Below, piece after piece: positions 31,528 through 41,498 of a stretch of 64,000 nt of DNA (position 1 is the first letter of the stretch; every line of letters begins with the position of its first letter). Source of the DNA: an uncultured Nitrospiraceae bacterium (GTDB taxonomy: Bacteria > Nitrospirota > Thermodesulfovibrionia > Thermodesulfovibrionales > UBA6898); contig CAWEQH010000010.1 of assembly GCA_963811165.1 (NCBI GenBank), forward strand, positions 1-64,000, in the 5' to 3' direction. The position numbers and the translations under genes are program-made. Under the pieces are notes generated by a model, which saw only the letters and a list, made by a program, of their open reading frames with translations, did no database searches and was not told where the DNA came from.

Positions 31528-32728
31528 CCTTCAGGAAGTCTCGGAATTCTCGCTGCTGACCGAGTTGGAGGTCCTGGCAACAGAGCAACTCGGGGAGGCG
31601 ACGGCCCGTTCCCGTTCAAGAGGGATCGATCTCGAAAAGGTCCTGCTTGCGGAATACGGTGTGCCGAAACACGTCCTCCTGAGGGCGCTTTCGGAATACT
31701 ACCGGTGCCCTTCGATCGAATATGACGAACGCCTGCCAATACCGCCTGAGGTCCTGACCGGTTTGGATGCGGATGTCCTTTCGGCAGGGCTTTGGATGCC
31801 CGTTATTAAGGACATCAGCGGCAGAGTCGTGATCGCTGCGCGGTATCCTCACAGTCCGGAGGTTTTGGAGGAAGTAAAGAAATACGTCGGGACCGAAGAT
31901 ATAGAATTCAGGGTTGCGCTTGCCGAAGACATCAGATGGTATATCCAGGACTTTCTTCACGAGAAACCGGGTCGTCTCATAGGTACGGAGAGGACGGGAC
32001 TGGCATACTGGCGCAACACAATGGCCCAGTGGAGGACAAGACTGGCCTGTTACAGGACCGACCTTGCCAAGGCAAGGACAGGGCTTGCCTTCCAACGGTG
32101 GGGCCTCGGCACCCTTGCACTGGCCAATACGCTTATTAATTCGAAATATGCGGGAGATTCTCTTCCTCTTTATTTCTTCCTTGCTTCTGCCGGTGCGGCT
32201 TTTTTCTTTTCGGGTCTGCCAAGTTATATGCGGATCAGGAGGTCAAGGCTGACGCCGCCCGGACACCATACCCTCGTCGAAGTGACTGCGGCGACGCTTC
32301 TTTTCCTCGAGGATTATCACTACCTGGAGGACACGGGGACACGGCCTGCGACGAAGGGCACCATGCTGGCAAGGATGGGAGATATGCTTTCGGACCACTG
32401 CACAATCTTTTACCCGTCTCCTTCAAGCAGGGTGCGTACGCAGCTGGCTCGGGAACGGAACGTTCTTGCGGCGCAAAGGACGATTGCCGCATGTTATAGG
32501 ACGATTTACTCCCGTGCGAGGACCGGTCTTGCCTTCATGCGCACGGGGTTCTCTTTTATGAGTATCGGCATAGGTCTCTTAAGCTATTTCGGCATCGGCA
32601 TAATGACGTCCTTTGACTTTTGTCTGGTCTTTGCCGGTCTCCTTATGCTCGTCGACGGCATGCTTTGGTATATGCCGGTAAGAAAGGAACAGGCCGAAAT
32701 ACCAAGAAGTCTCGCTTACCCGGAATGA
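31514..32728 (+). CDS. GspE-N/MshEN-like domain fused to two DUF202-like membrane repeats
   Basis: Paralog of the previous gene (GVPKH.LL..L.E.Y..P..EYDE shared); two RT-heptad + 2 TM units; overlaps upstream stop. Confidence 0.75.
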   Translation: MMETDLQEVSEFSLLTELEVLATEQLGEATARSRSRGIDLEKVLLAEYGVPKHVLLRALSEYYRCPSIEYDERLPIPPEVLTGLDADVLSAGLWMPVIKDISGRVVIAARYPHSPEVLEEVKKYVGTEDIEFRVALAEDIRWYIQDFLHEKPGRLIGTERTGLAYWRNTMAQWRTRLACYRTDLAKARTGLAFQRWGLGTLALANTLINSKYAGDSLPLYFFLASAGAAFFFSGLPSYMRIRRSRLTPPGHHTLVEVTAATLLFLEDYHYLEDTGTRPATKGTMLARMGDMLSDHCTIFYPSPSSRVRTQLARERNVLAAQRTIAACYRTIYSRARTGLAFMRTGFSFMSIGIGLLSYFGIGIMTSFDFCLVFAGLLMLVDGMLWYMPVRKEQAEIPRSLAYPE

Positions 32729-32805
32729 TCCTGCCGTCTTCAGAGTAGTCTTCGGAAAATGTATGAGGCGACTACGCATGTCCGACGAGGTATAATAACT
32801 GGATA

Positions 32806-34230
32806 ATGAAGATAGAAAACAAGATCATACTCTCAAATGCCTTCAACATCGGGCTCATCCTATTGATCGGATTTTTTGCGATGCAGAACTTGAACCTTAT
32901 ACTCACAAAGCTCCGTTTTGTCGAAATAGCCGACGACCTGAACGCCTCTTTCCTTGAGATGCGCCTTTCCGAAAAGAACTATTTCCTCTATAATGACGAG
33001 TCTGCGCTGGTCGACATAAGGGAGAAGATCGATTCGACGGTGCAGTCGATAGACCTTGCCGGCGGAGACATAAGCCGGGCCATAGGACAGGAAAATCTCG
33101 CCCTGCTGAAGTCCCATCTCAGGGAGTATTCGGAGACGGTCGAGGAGGTCCAAAAGAGTGCGCGCAAGGCCGCCAGCGTCGAGGCGACCTTCCGAACGAG
33201 AGGAAAAAACCTGAGGGAATTTTCGAACACAATCACGAGGCTTGAAAGGAAGGGCGTCAACAATATTATCGCCAGGGCGAAGAACGTGCTCTTTTATTCT
33301 TTCTGGGCTGTGCTGGCAACGGCGATAATCGTGAGCCATTTCATTTCGCAGCGGATATTGCATTCCCTGAGGGAGATTCAGAGGCTTGCGAAATCAATAT
33401 CTCAGGGCAACTTCAATAAGATAGAGGGCTTCTCGTCCGCGGATGAGTTCGGCTCCGTAATAACGGCGGTTAATTCCATGTCGGAGGAGCTGAGAAACCG
33501 GGAGGAGGAGCTTATCCAGTCGAAGAAACTTGCTTCCCTCGGCATTCTGACGGCCGGGGTGGCGCACGAGCTCACGAACCCCCTCAACAATATCTCCATG
33601 ATCGCACAGAACTATCAGGAGTTTTACGACGTATTGAGCGAAGGGAACCGGCTGGATCTCATGAATAAGATCGAGGGAGAGACCCGGAGGATAGAGGAGA
33701 TCGTGAGGAACCTCCTCGATTTTTCGAGGCCTAAGGAGGCCAAGCTCGAGGAGAAAGATGTAAATGCTGCCGTCGTGAAGGCTCTTGAACTTATGCAAAA
33801 CACCCTTGATATTTCCAACATCGAAGTCGGATCGTCATTGGCTGAGGACCTGCCCCGTGTGCAGATGGACGACCACCAGGTCCAGCAGGTGCTGGTGAAC
33901 CTTATCGTCAACGCGGTCCACGCCATGGAGCCTGGGGGGAAGCTGACCGTGGCCACGCGTAAAGGCGAGGGGGGAGATACGGTGAAGATTGAGGTGAGCG
34001 ACAACGGCAAAGGAATACCGGCCGAATATATTCCCCACATCTTCGATCCTTTCTTCAGCACGAAGGGGGTCGGAGGGACAGGGCTCGGTCTTTCGGTCAG
34101 TTACGGGATAATTAAAAACCATAAAGGCACTATCAAGGTCGAAAGCACGGTAGGGGAGGGGACCACGTTCATTATCGAGCTTCCGGTTTATAATAAAAGC
34201 AGGGGACCCGGGGTATTGCGCAATGCGTGA
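32806..34230 (+). CDS. HAMP sensor histidine kinase, paralog of 23047-24597
   Basis: VAHELTNPL, FDPFFSTK, GTGLGL; LEMRLSEKNYFLY periplasmic motif. Confidence 0.93.
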   Translation: MKIENKIILSNAFNIGLILLIGFFAMQNLNLILTKLRFVEIADDLNASFLEMRLSEKNYFLYNDESALVDIREKIDSTVQSIDLAGGDISRAIGQENLALLKSHLREYSETVEEVQKSARKAASVEATFRTRGKNLREFSNTITRLERKGVNNIIARAKNVLFYSFWAVLATAIIVSHFISQRILHSLREIQRLAKSISQGNFNKIEGFSSADEFGSVITAVNSMSEELRNREEELIQSKKLASLGILTAGVAHELTNPLNNISMIAQNYQEFYDVLSEGNRLDLMNKIEGETRRIEEIVRNLLDFSRPKEAKLEEKDVNAAVVKALELMQNTLDISNIEVGSSLAEDLPRVQMDDHQVQQVLVNLIVNAVHAMEPGGKLTVATRKGEGGDTVKIEVSDNGKGIPAEYIPHIFDPFFSTKGVGGTGLGLSVSYGIIKNHKGTIKVESTVGEGTTFIIELPVYNKSRGPGVLRNA

Positions 34231-34344
34231 AGGGGAAATATGTGTTATCCCGCATTCTGAAGAGACAGTCTTTTATCGGGTGTGCGGTTAATTATTTTTC
34301 AGAGAGAAATTATATGCTAGTGTGAAAGAGAGAGGAGACACTAA

Positions 34345-34716
34345 ATGGGTGCGAACAGGATCATGGTCATCGACGACGAGAAGATCGTGGGTGACATGTC
34401 AAAGCTGTCTTTAGAACAGGAGGGCTACACGGTAGAGACCTTCCTGAGCGCCGAACCCGCTCTAAAGAGGCTGCAGGAAGAAGAGTTCGACGTCGTTGTC
34501 ACGGACCTTAAGATGAGGGGCATAGACGGCATGGAGGTATTGAGGACCGTTAAAAAACTTTATCCCAAAACAAAGGTAATTATGATCACGGCGTTTGCCA
34601 ACCTCGACGCGGCGATTGAGGCGTTGAGAGGGGATGTTCACGACTTTTTCCCCAAGCCCGTCAGGATCAAAGAGTTGAAGGCGTCCATACAGAGGGCATT
34701 GAGCCAGCAGGAATGA
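34345..34716 (+). CDS. Single-domain response regulator
   Basis: IMVIDDE, TDLKM, MITAF, PKP. Confidence 0.92.
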   Translation: MGANRIMVIDDEKIVGDMSKLSLEQEGYTVETFLSAEPALKRLQEEEFDVVVTDLKMRGIDGMEVLRTVKKLYPKTKVIMITAFANLDAAIEALRGDVHDFFPKPVRIKELKASIQRALSQQE

Positions 34717-37277
34717 AGAATGTCCTGGACAGAATAAGGTCTTTATTTGGTCCTTCCAAAGAGGACGGCGTCGGATCCATGCCGATAAAGACCGTTTTCA
34801 GGAGTTTCAAAGAGGTCCTTGAAGGCAACAGCCGGGCACTTGAAATCATTGCGGATATGGGTGAAAAGCTCGGGGGCGACTATCTCTTCGACATTAATTA
34901 CATTAAAAGCGCCTATTCCGAACTGGCTGGAACGGTCTCTAATTCTCTGCAGAACTTTGACGCCCTTACTGTAAACAGATACCTGAAGTTGCACGACGTG
35001 TTTAGTCGCGTCGACTCTCAGATAAAGAGGCTCATATTCGAAGTTACCCCTACGCCCGGCGTGATGGTACTTTCGTTCAAAGACATAACCTGGAATATGT
35101 TCCGGGATGTGGGCGGGAAGAACGCGGCCCTCGCGGAGATGACGAATTATCTGAAGCTCAACGTTCCGGAGGGCTTTGCCATAACGACCAGCGCATTTGA
35201 CGAGTTTGTAAGACATAACGGGTTGGAAGAAAAGATCCGGTCTCTCCGCGAGAGTTCCCCCATAGAAGACCGTCTTTTAGAACAGATGAGGGATCTCATG
35301 ACGAACGGTGCCATCCCTGCCGACCTCGATACCGCCATCGATAGCGCCGTCGAAAGGATCAGGGAGACCTTCGGGAGAGATTGTTTCCTCGCTGTCCGCT
35401 CAAGCGCCGAGGAGGAAGACGGAGAGCACTCCTTTGCAGGGCAGTTTGAGACCGTGCTGAACGTCCCTCTGGATGAGAGGGCGCTTAAGGACGCCTATAA
35501 GAAGGTCCTCGCCAGTCTTTTTTTGCCGGGCTCCGTTTCATATCAGACGGCCCTGGGGTATCGGATCGGGGACATAAAGATGGCGGTAGGTTGCCTCCTC
35601 ATGGTGGATGCAGTAAAGAGCGGAGTTATCTATACTATTGCGCCCAACGGGGACAGGGATATCATGGTAATAAATTCGACATGGGGACTTGGGCTGCTGG
35701 TAGTCGAAGGGCAGAGCGACACCGACATGTACATGGTGAAAAAAGATATCGAGCCCGAGGTGGTGGGGAGGAAGAGCGGAGGGAAGGAATATATGATCGT
35801 CGGCCGTAAAGGCGGCGGTATCGAAAAGATCAAAACACCGGATGAGATGCAAAGCGGGTCTTCGCTGACCTACCTTGAGATAGGAGAGCTTGCCAGACAG
35901 GCCGTCTCTATAGAAAAACACTTCAGAAAGCCGCAGGATATCGAGTGGGCCATCGACAAGGCCGGAAGACTTTTTATTTTGCAGGCGCGTCCGCTGCACG
36001 GTATCGAGGCAGAAGCGGGAGACTCTGCGCGCAATGAAAAGACGGCGGAGACCGGAGAGGTCCTTATGAAGGACAAAGGGGTTGTCGTGCAGAAGGGCGC
36101 GGGAGGAGGAAGGGTCTTTATCCTGAGGCACCCCGGTGAGATCGATGGGTTCCCGAAGGGCTCGGTGCTGGTTTCGAAGTACGACTCTTCAAATTTTGTG
36201 CGCATTATGCCCTACGTCTCGGCGATCATCACCGACATCGGTGCGCCTACAAGCCATATGGCGTCTCTTTGCAGGGAGTTCAGGGTCCCGACGGTTGTCA
36301 ACGCCGGGGATGCCACCAGGGTTTTCGAACACGGGCAGGAGGTCACGGTCGCGGTCGATGACAAGGGCGCTACGGTGTACGAAGGCGTCAGAAAGGAGTT
36401 GCTCAGGGACGGCGGGAGGAATTCCCTCAAGATGGACGAACTCTACGAATACCGAAAGCGGAGGTATGTGCTGAGACACATTTCGATGCTTAACCTTGTC
36501 GACCCCACGCAGGACAACTTCTCGCCCGAAGGATGCAGGACCCTGCATGATATTATCAGGTTCATGCATGAAAAAGCCGTGACCGAACTGGTCGTAAATG
36601 CAGGGCGCGGCAACGAGATAGCGAAAAAACACGCGACCGTGAAATTGGACCTTCCCGTCCCTGCAGGCATTGTCGCGATAGATATAGGCGGCGGCCTGGA
36701 CGTAGGCCAGGATGCCGGGAAGGCCTCATTTGAGCAGATCCTCTCCGTGCCGCTCAGGGCGGTCGCCCGGGGGATGATGCACCCCGGGGTCTGGCATGCC
36801 GACGCGGTCTCGCTTAAGATGGGGGATTTCTTTTCGAGCATGATGAGGATGCCTGACCTTGCGGCAGACAGGAGCGAGTACATCGGCTATAACGTGGCGG
36901 TCGTCTCCGGCGAATATCTCAATTTGAGCATCAGGTTCGGTTACCACTTTACCGTGCTTGACTGTTACTGCAGCGAGAATGCGAGAAACAATCATGTCTA
37001 TTTCCGGTTTATCGGCGGCGCGACTGATATGATCAAAAGATCGAGGAGGGTGGAGGTCATCTCTTTTGTTCTGAAAGAGTTTGGTTTTACGGTGACGACC
37101 AGGGGTGACCTCCTCATCGGGAGGCTGGCCAATATAGACAGGGACGAGATGGAGGGTGTCCTTGATCAACTCGGCAGGCTGATGGCGTTTACGAGACAGC
37201 TCGACGCGGTACTCAATGATGAGGCCTCTGTGGAGCGATTTAGCAGAAATTTCATCGAAGGCAGATATACGATCTGA
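34713..37277 (+). CDS. PEP-utilising enzyme-like protein (PPDK_N ATP-grasp + phospho-His swivel, no pyruvate-binding barrel)
   Basis: VGGKN, AVRSSA..ED, SFAGQF, PQDIEW, ILQARP, TSHMASLCREF. Confidence 0.85.
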   Translation: MKNVLDRIRSLFGPSKEDGVGSMPIKTVFRSFKEVLEGNSRALEIIADMGEKLGGDYLFDINYIKSAYSELAGTVSNSLQNFDALTVNRYLKLHDVFSRVDSQIKRLIFEVTPTPGVMVLSFKDITWNMFRDVGGKNAALAEMTNYLKLNVPEGFAITTSAFDEFVRHNGLEEKIRSLRESSPIEDRLLEQMRDLMTNGAIPADLDTAIDSAVERIRETFGRDCFLAVRSSAEEEDGEHSFAGQFETVLNVPLDERALKDAYKKVLASLFLPGSVSYQTALGYRIGDIKMAVGCLLMVDAVKSGVIYTIAPNGDRDIMVINSTWGLGLLVVEGQSDTDMYMVKKDIEPEVVGRKSGGKEYMIVGRKGGGIEKIKTPDEMQSGSSLTYLEIGELARQAVSIEKHFRKPQDIEWAIDKAGRLFILQARPLHGIEAEAGDSARNEKTAETGEVLMKDKGVVVQKGAGGGRVFILRHPGEIDGFPKGSVLVSKYDSSNFVRIMPYVSAIITDIGAPTSHMASLCREFRVPTVVNAGDATRVFEHGQEVTVAVDDKGATVYEGVRKELLRDGGRNSLKMDELYEYRKRRYVLRHISMLNLVDPTQDNFSPEGCRTLHDIIRFMHEKAVTELVVNAGRGNEIAKKHATVKLDLPVPAGIVAIDIGGGLDVGQDAGKASFEQILSVPLRAVARGMMHPGVWHADAVSLKMGDFFSSMMRMPDLAADRSEYIGYNVAVVSGEYLNLSIRFGYHFTVLDCYCSENARNNHVYFRFIGGATDMIKRSRRVEVISFVLKEFGFTVTTRGDLLIGRLANIDRDEMEGVLDQLGRLMAFTRQLDAVLNDEASVERFSRNFIEGRYTI

Positions 37278-37456
37278 ATCTCGCCTGAGCCGGTCGTTAC
37301 CCCGCGGCAGTGGAAGCTTTTCTCAGCGTGCCAAGCAGGAACGGCGCTTAATAGTGAAATCGAGCCCTGCATCTCCCTCGAAGCATTCCGGGGTTTGTAC
37401 CGGCACTCCCATTTCAATAGCTATTTCGTTTGCGGTATAATAGTGATATATCTTCT

Positions 37457-39979
37457 ATGAGTATCCTCCTCAAAATATTAAGATTGAGAACCTGGCATTT
37501 ACTGTTGATCTCGATCATTTGTTCGGAAGTCTTTACCCTGTTCCTGAATATCCTGCAGAGCATCGTATGGTGGAAGAAAATCCATTCGGACCTGCTGATT
37601 ATTGGGACCGTCGACGCTTTTCTGGTCTCCCTCGTTGTGACCTCCTTCATGCTTTATATTGTGAGATCTTCATTGGCAATTCTTTTTGAGAAGGAGGCGC
37701 TGGAGAGGGAGATGACAGAGCGCACTAAGGCGGAAGAGGCGCTGCGTCTCAGTGAGAACAAATATCGGAATCTTGTCGAGAACATAGAGGAGAAACACTT
37801 TATCTATTCTCACAACCTTGATGGCATCTTCACCTATGTCAGTCCTTCCATAAAAAACATCCTCGGGTACTCTCAGGAAGAGTTCTGCACCCACTACAGC
37901 CGCTATCTGACCGGCAACCCGGTCAACAGGGAGGTCGGGCCGCATACGGAGCAGAGCATCCGGGGGATAAAACAGCCGTCGTACGAGGTCGAGATCTATC
38001 ACAAGAACGGCGGGACCCGGTGGCTTGAAGTGAGCGAGACACCGATCTTTGACCCGGAAGGGCGGGTCACCGCGGTTCAGGGCATCGCCCAGGACATCAG
38101 CGACCGGAAGCGGGCAGCCGAGGCCATCCTCAGCTCAGAAGAGCGGTACCGGCTCATCTTTGAGCATAACCCCATGCCCATGTGGGTCTATGACCTTACT
38201 ACACTTTGTTTCATTGCCGTCAATGAAGCGGCGATCCGCGATTACGGATACTCGCGGGAAGAGTTCCTGGGAATGACCATCAAAGACATGAGGCCGCCCG
38301 AGGATGTGCCGGAGCTTCTCAGGCATGTGAGCAAACTGGATGCCGGACCCGCCCGTTCCGGGATATGGAGGCACAGGAAAAAAGACGGGACGATCTTATT
38401 TGCGGAGGTCATTTCTCACGGGATAGAATATGGCGGGAAACAGGTAAGGCTCGTCCTAGCTAATAACATCACCGAACGCAAAAAGATTGACGAGGTGTTG
38501 CAGCAATCGGAACAGCGGTACCGAAGTCTCGTCGAGAATGCCCCGGATGTCATTTACAGTCTTTCTCCGGAGGGGATCATCACCTCGCTGAACCCCTCTT
38601 TTGAAAGGATCACGGGTTTCCAGAAGGGTGACTTTATCGGCAAGGACTTTGTAAATATTGTCCATCCCGATGACCGCGCTTTGGCAATAAAACAGTTCCG
38701 GCGCGTTCTAGGGGGGGAATCTCTTGCGATATTTGAACTGCGCTCTCTTTCGAAGTCGGGCGCATACCTTGCGGGGGAATTTCTCGCGACGCCTCAAACA
38801 AAGGATGGAAAGGTGGTCGCCATTCTGGGCATCGCCCGCGATATCACTGAGCGTAAGCAGATGGGGGAAGAGAAGGAAAAGCTCTTTTGTGAGCTCGAGC
38901 AACTGCTCGCGGTCGTCAGCCGCTCCCAGAGGGAATGGCAGGAAACCTTTGACAGCATCACCGACGTGATATTCCTCAGCGATCTCGATCTCAGCATCAC
39001 CAGGGTCAACAGGGCGGCTGAAAAGATGTTTGGCATCCCTCTACTGCAGCTTCTGGGGAAAAAGTGTCACGATCTGTTACAAGGGACCTCTCTTGCTCCT
39101 GAATCCTGTCCGGGATACCAGGCACTTAAGACAGGAAAGGTCGCGAACGTTGAAATGTACGAACCAAGACTGGGTTTGTTCCTTGATGTTAGGGTCATCC
39201 CCAGGTTCGGCAAGAACGGCGAGATGACGGGATTGATCCATGTCATCAGGGATGCGACGGAACACAAGAAACTCGAGGAACAGCTTCGACATGCCCAGAA
39301 GATGGAAGCGCTGGGCCAAATGGCCGCGGGGGTTGCACACGAGGTTCGGAACCCGCTCCATTCGATCATGTTGATTTCTGAAGCGCTTCACCAGGAACTG
39401 AAAGAGGACCCTGCATATGATGTCTATCTTTCTCATATACATGAACAGGTGAAACGCCTTTCTTTGCTGATGAAGGATTTGCTGGATTTGGGGAAGCCGG
39501 TCGAACCGGCAAGTTTGAGTCCTGAACCACTGACAGAGATATGTGCTGCGGCAATCCATCTATGGAAGCACTCGCCTCTCAGTGAGGGGCATGCAGTTGA
39601 ATTGATTCATTCTGAGGACGACGGCAATATTGTTGTCATGGCCGACAGTCAGAGATTGCAGCAGGTTTTTCTTAATCTTCTCGATAATGCGGCACAGCAC
39701 AGCCCCGAAGGCAGTGCAATAAGGATTATTGTCGAGGGACCTGCCGGTAATATGATCAAGGCCTATGTGGTTGACAGGGGGTCAGGGGTACCGGAAGGGC
39801 TGTTGTCCCGCGTGTTCGAGCCGTTTTTTTCGACGCGAAGGGGAGGCACCGGACTGGGCCTCAGTATTATAGGCAATATTGTCGAGAGTCACGGCGGGAG
39901 CTTATTGATAAGGAACAATGTTCCTCCGCCGGGATGCTCCGCAGAGTTGAGTCTGCCCATTGTAGAGGTGCCGGGGTGA
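37457..39979 (+). CDS. Multi-PAS sensor histidine kinase
   Basis: N-terminal TMs, four PAS/PAC units, VAHEVRNPL, FEPFFST, GTGLGL. Confidence 0.92.
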   Translation: MSILLKILRLRTWHLLLISIICSEVFTLFLNILQSIVWWKKIHSDLLIIGTVDAFLVSLVVTSFMLYIVRSSLAILFEKEALEREMTERTKAEEALRLSENKYRNLVENIEEKHFIYSHNLDGIFTYVSPSIKNILGYSQEEFCTHYSRYLTGNPVNREVGPHTEQSIRGIKQPSYEVEIYHKNGGTRWLEVSETPIFDPEGRVTAVQGIAQDISDRKRAAEAILSSEERYRLIFEHNPMPMWVYDLTTLCFIAVNEAAIRDYGYSREEFLGMTIKDMRPPEDVPELLRHVSKLDAGPARSGIWRHRKKDGTILFAEVISHGIEYGGKQVRLVLANNITERKKIDEVLQQSEQRYRSLVENAPDVIYSLSPEGIITSLNPSFERITGFQKGDFIGKDFVNIVHPDDRALAIKQFRRVLGGESLAIFELRSLSKSGAYLAGEFLATPQTKDGKVVAILGIARDITERKQMGEEKEKLFCELEQLLAVVSRSQREWQETFDSITDVIFLSDLDLSITRVNRAAEKMFGIPLLQLLGKKCHDLLQGTSLAPESCPGYQALKTGKVANVEMYEPRLGLFLDVRVIPRFGKNGEMTGLIHVIRDATEHKKLEEQLRHAQKMEALGQMAAGVAHEVRNPLHSIMLISEALHQELKEDPAYDVYLSHIHEQVKRLSLLMKDLLDLGKPVEPASLSPEPLTEICAAAIHLWKHSPLSEGHAVELIHSEDDGNIVVMADSQRLQQVFLNLLDNAAQHSPEGSAIRIIVEGPAGNMIKAYVVDRGSGVPEGLLSRVFEPFFSTRRGGTGLGLSIIGNIVESHGGSLLIRNNVPPPGCSAELSLPIVEVPG

Positions 39980-41298
39980 CGAAATCGAACATTCTTTTGG
40001 TGGATGACGATCCGGCAACTCTGTTCGGACTTTCCCGGTATCTGAAAAAGGCAGGCTATAATGTCAGGGAAGCGTCCTGTCTTATGGAAGCCAGGGAGGT
40101 CATAGTATCCGAGCGTTTCGATGCAGTCATACTCGACATGATATTGCCTGACGGCAGCGGTGTCGACTGGATAGGAGATCTGAGGGGGAACTATTGTGAA
40201 CTGGCTATTATCATAATCACCGGAGCAGGCGATATCCCCCTTGCTGTAAATGCGATGCGCCGGGGCGCGGATAATTTTCTTACGAAGCCGGTGAGCATGC
40301 CTGAACTGGACGTTTTCCTGAGAAAGAGCCTGGAACTTGGAGACCTGAGAAGAAAGAACCTGACCCATCAGCGTTTGTCTGGAAAAACTCAACCCTATTT
40401 TGGAGAATCTCCGGCCATGGGAAAAGTCATGGAGCTTGCTTCAGTGGCTGCCGAAAACAACTCGGCAGTTTTGCTTTGCGGCGAAACGGGCACGGGAAAA
40501 GGTGTCCTGGCAAAGTGGATTCATGAGCATGGGCCCTCGAAATCCGGCCCCTTTGTGGAGGTCAACTGTTCGGGCTTAAAAGGCGAGCTCCTCACAAGCG
40601 AGCTTTTCGGGCACGTCAGGGGCGCTTTCACGTCGGCCGTACAGGATAGACAGGGGCTTATAGAAGTCGCGGACAGAGGGACTCTCTTCCTGGACGAAAT
40701 AGGGGATATGGACCTCGCAGTGCAGGCCCAGTTTCTGAAGGTCATAGAAGAAAAATGCTTCCGCAGACTCGGCGAGGTAATTGTGAGGAAAAGTGATTTC
40801 AGGCTGATTACCGCGACCAACAAGGACCTCGCGGAAGAAACGCGGAAAGGCAGATTTCGTAACGACCTCTTTTTCCGTATTAATATTTTCCCCATTCATA
40901 TGCCCCCGCTGCGTGAGAGGCTGGACGATCTGCCGGAGCTTGTCCGTCACCTCCTGACCTCCTTCCCGGCATCGCGGACGGAAATCTCTCCTGAAGTAAT
41001 GTCGATGCTCAAGACGTATCCATGGCCCGGCAATATCCGTGAACTGAAGAATGTTCTGGAAAGGGCTCTTTTGCTTTCACGGGGAGGCCCGCTTTCTATC
41101 GGACATTTTCACGGCATGGACGTCTCTGTTGGGTCTTCACAAGCCGTTGGAGAAGAAATAAAGGATCTGGACCTGATCGAAAGGGACCACATCAAAGCGG
41201 TGATCGAACGCTCCGGAGGCGACGTAACAGAGGCAGCCAAAATACTGGGTGTCTCCCGGGCGACGTTATACCGTAAACTGAAGAGATCTCAGAAGTGA
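39976..41298 (+). CDS. sigma54-dependent response regulator (NtrC family)
   Basis: REC, GETGTGK, GAFTSA, WPGNIRELKN, HTH; GTG overlaps the kinase stop. Confidence 0.93.
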   Translation: MTKSNILLVDDDPATLFGLSRYLKKAGYNVREASCLMEAREVIVSERFDAVILDMILPDGSGVDWIGDLRGNYCELAIIIITGAGDIPLAVNAMRRGADNFLTKPVSMPELDVFLRKSLELGDLRRKNLTHQRLSGKTQPYFGESPAMGKVMELASVAAENNSAVLLCGETGTGKGVLAKWIHEHGPSKSGPFVEVNCSGLKGELLTSELFGHVRGAFTSAVQDRQGLIEVADRGTLFLDEIGDMDLAVQAQFLKVIEEKCFRRLGEVIVRKSDFRLITATNKDLAEETRKGRFRNDLFFRINIFPIHMPPLRERLDDLPELVRHLLTSFPASRTEISPEVMSMLKTYPWPGNIRELKNVLERALLLSRGGPLSIGHFHGMDVSVGSSQAVGEEIKDLDLIERDHIKAVIERSGGDVTEAAKILGVSRATLYRKLKRSQK

Positions 41299-41399
41299 CC
41301 CCCGGAACAGGCTGGTCTGAATCCATAATTCAGAATAAAAGAGCTCTTCTTTTCCACGCCGACTGACCTCTGAGTTTTGAAGATTTACTGTCCTTGCGA

Positions 41400-41436
41400 G
41401 TCTCATTTTTGAGACCGGCAGTCTCAAAAATGAGAC
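41400..41436. promoter_or_regulatory. Tandem palindromic enhancer sites
   Basis: GTCTCA-TTTT-TGAGAC (41400) and GTCTCA-AAAA-TGAGAC (41421), 21 bp apart. Confidence 0.8.
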
Positions 41437-41498
41437 CTTCAGTCTCTGTACCATTCCTATCTCCTTGAAAGATAAGGCTTTCACCCCCCCCGTTGTTA

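Noticed and set aside
29806..32728. Type II secretion or pilus ATPases
   Set aside because: No Walker A/B motifs and no other secretion genes nearby
34713..37277. Canonical ppsA
   Set aside because: C-terminal pyruvate-binding domain motifs are absent
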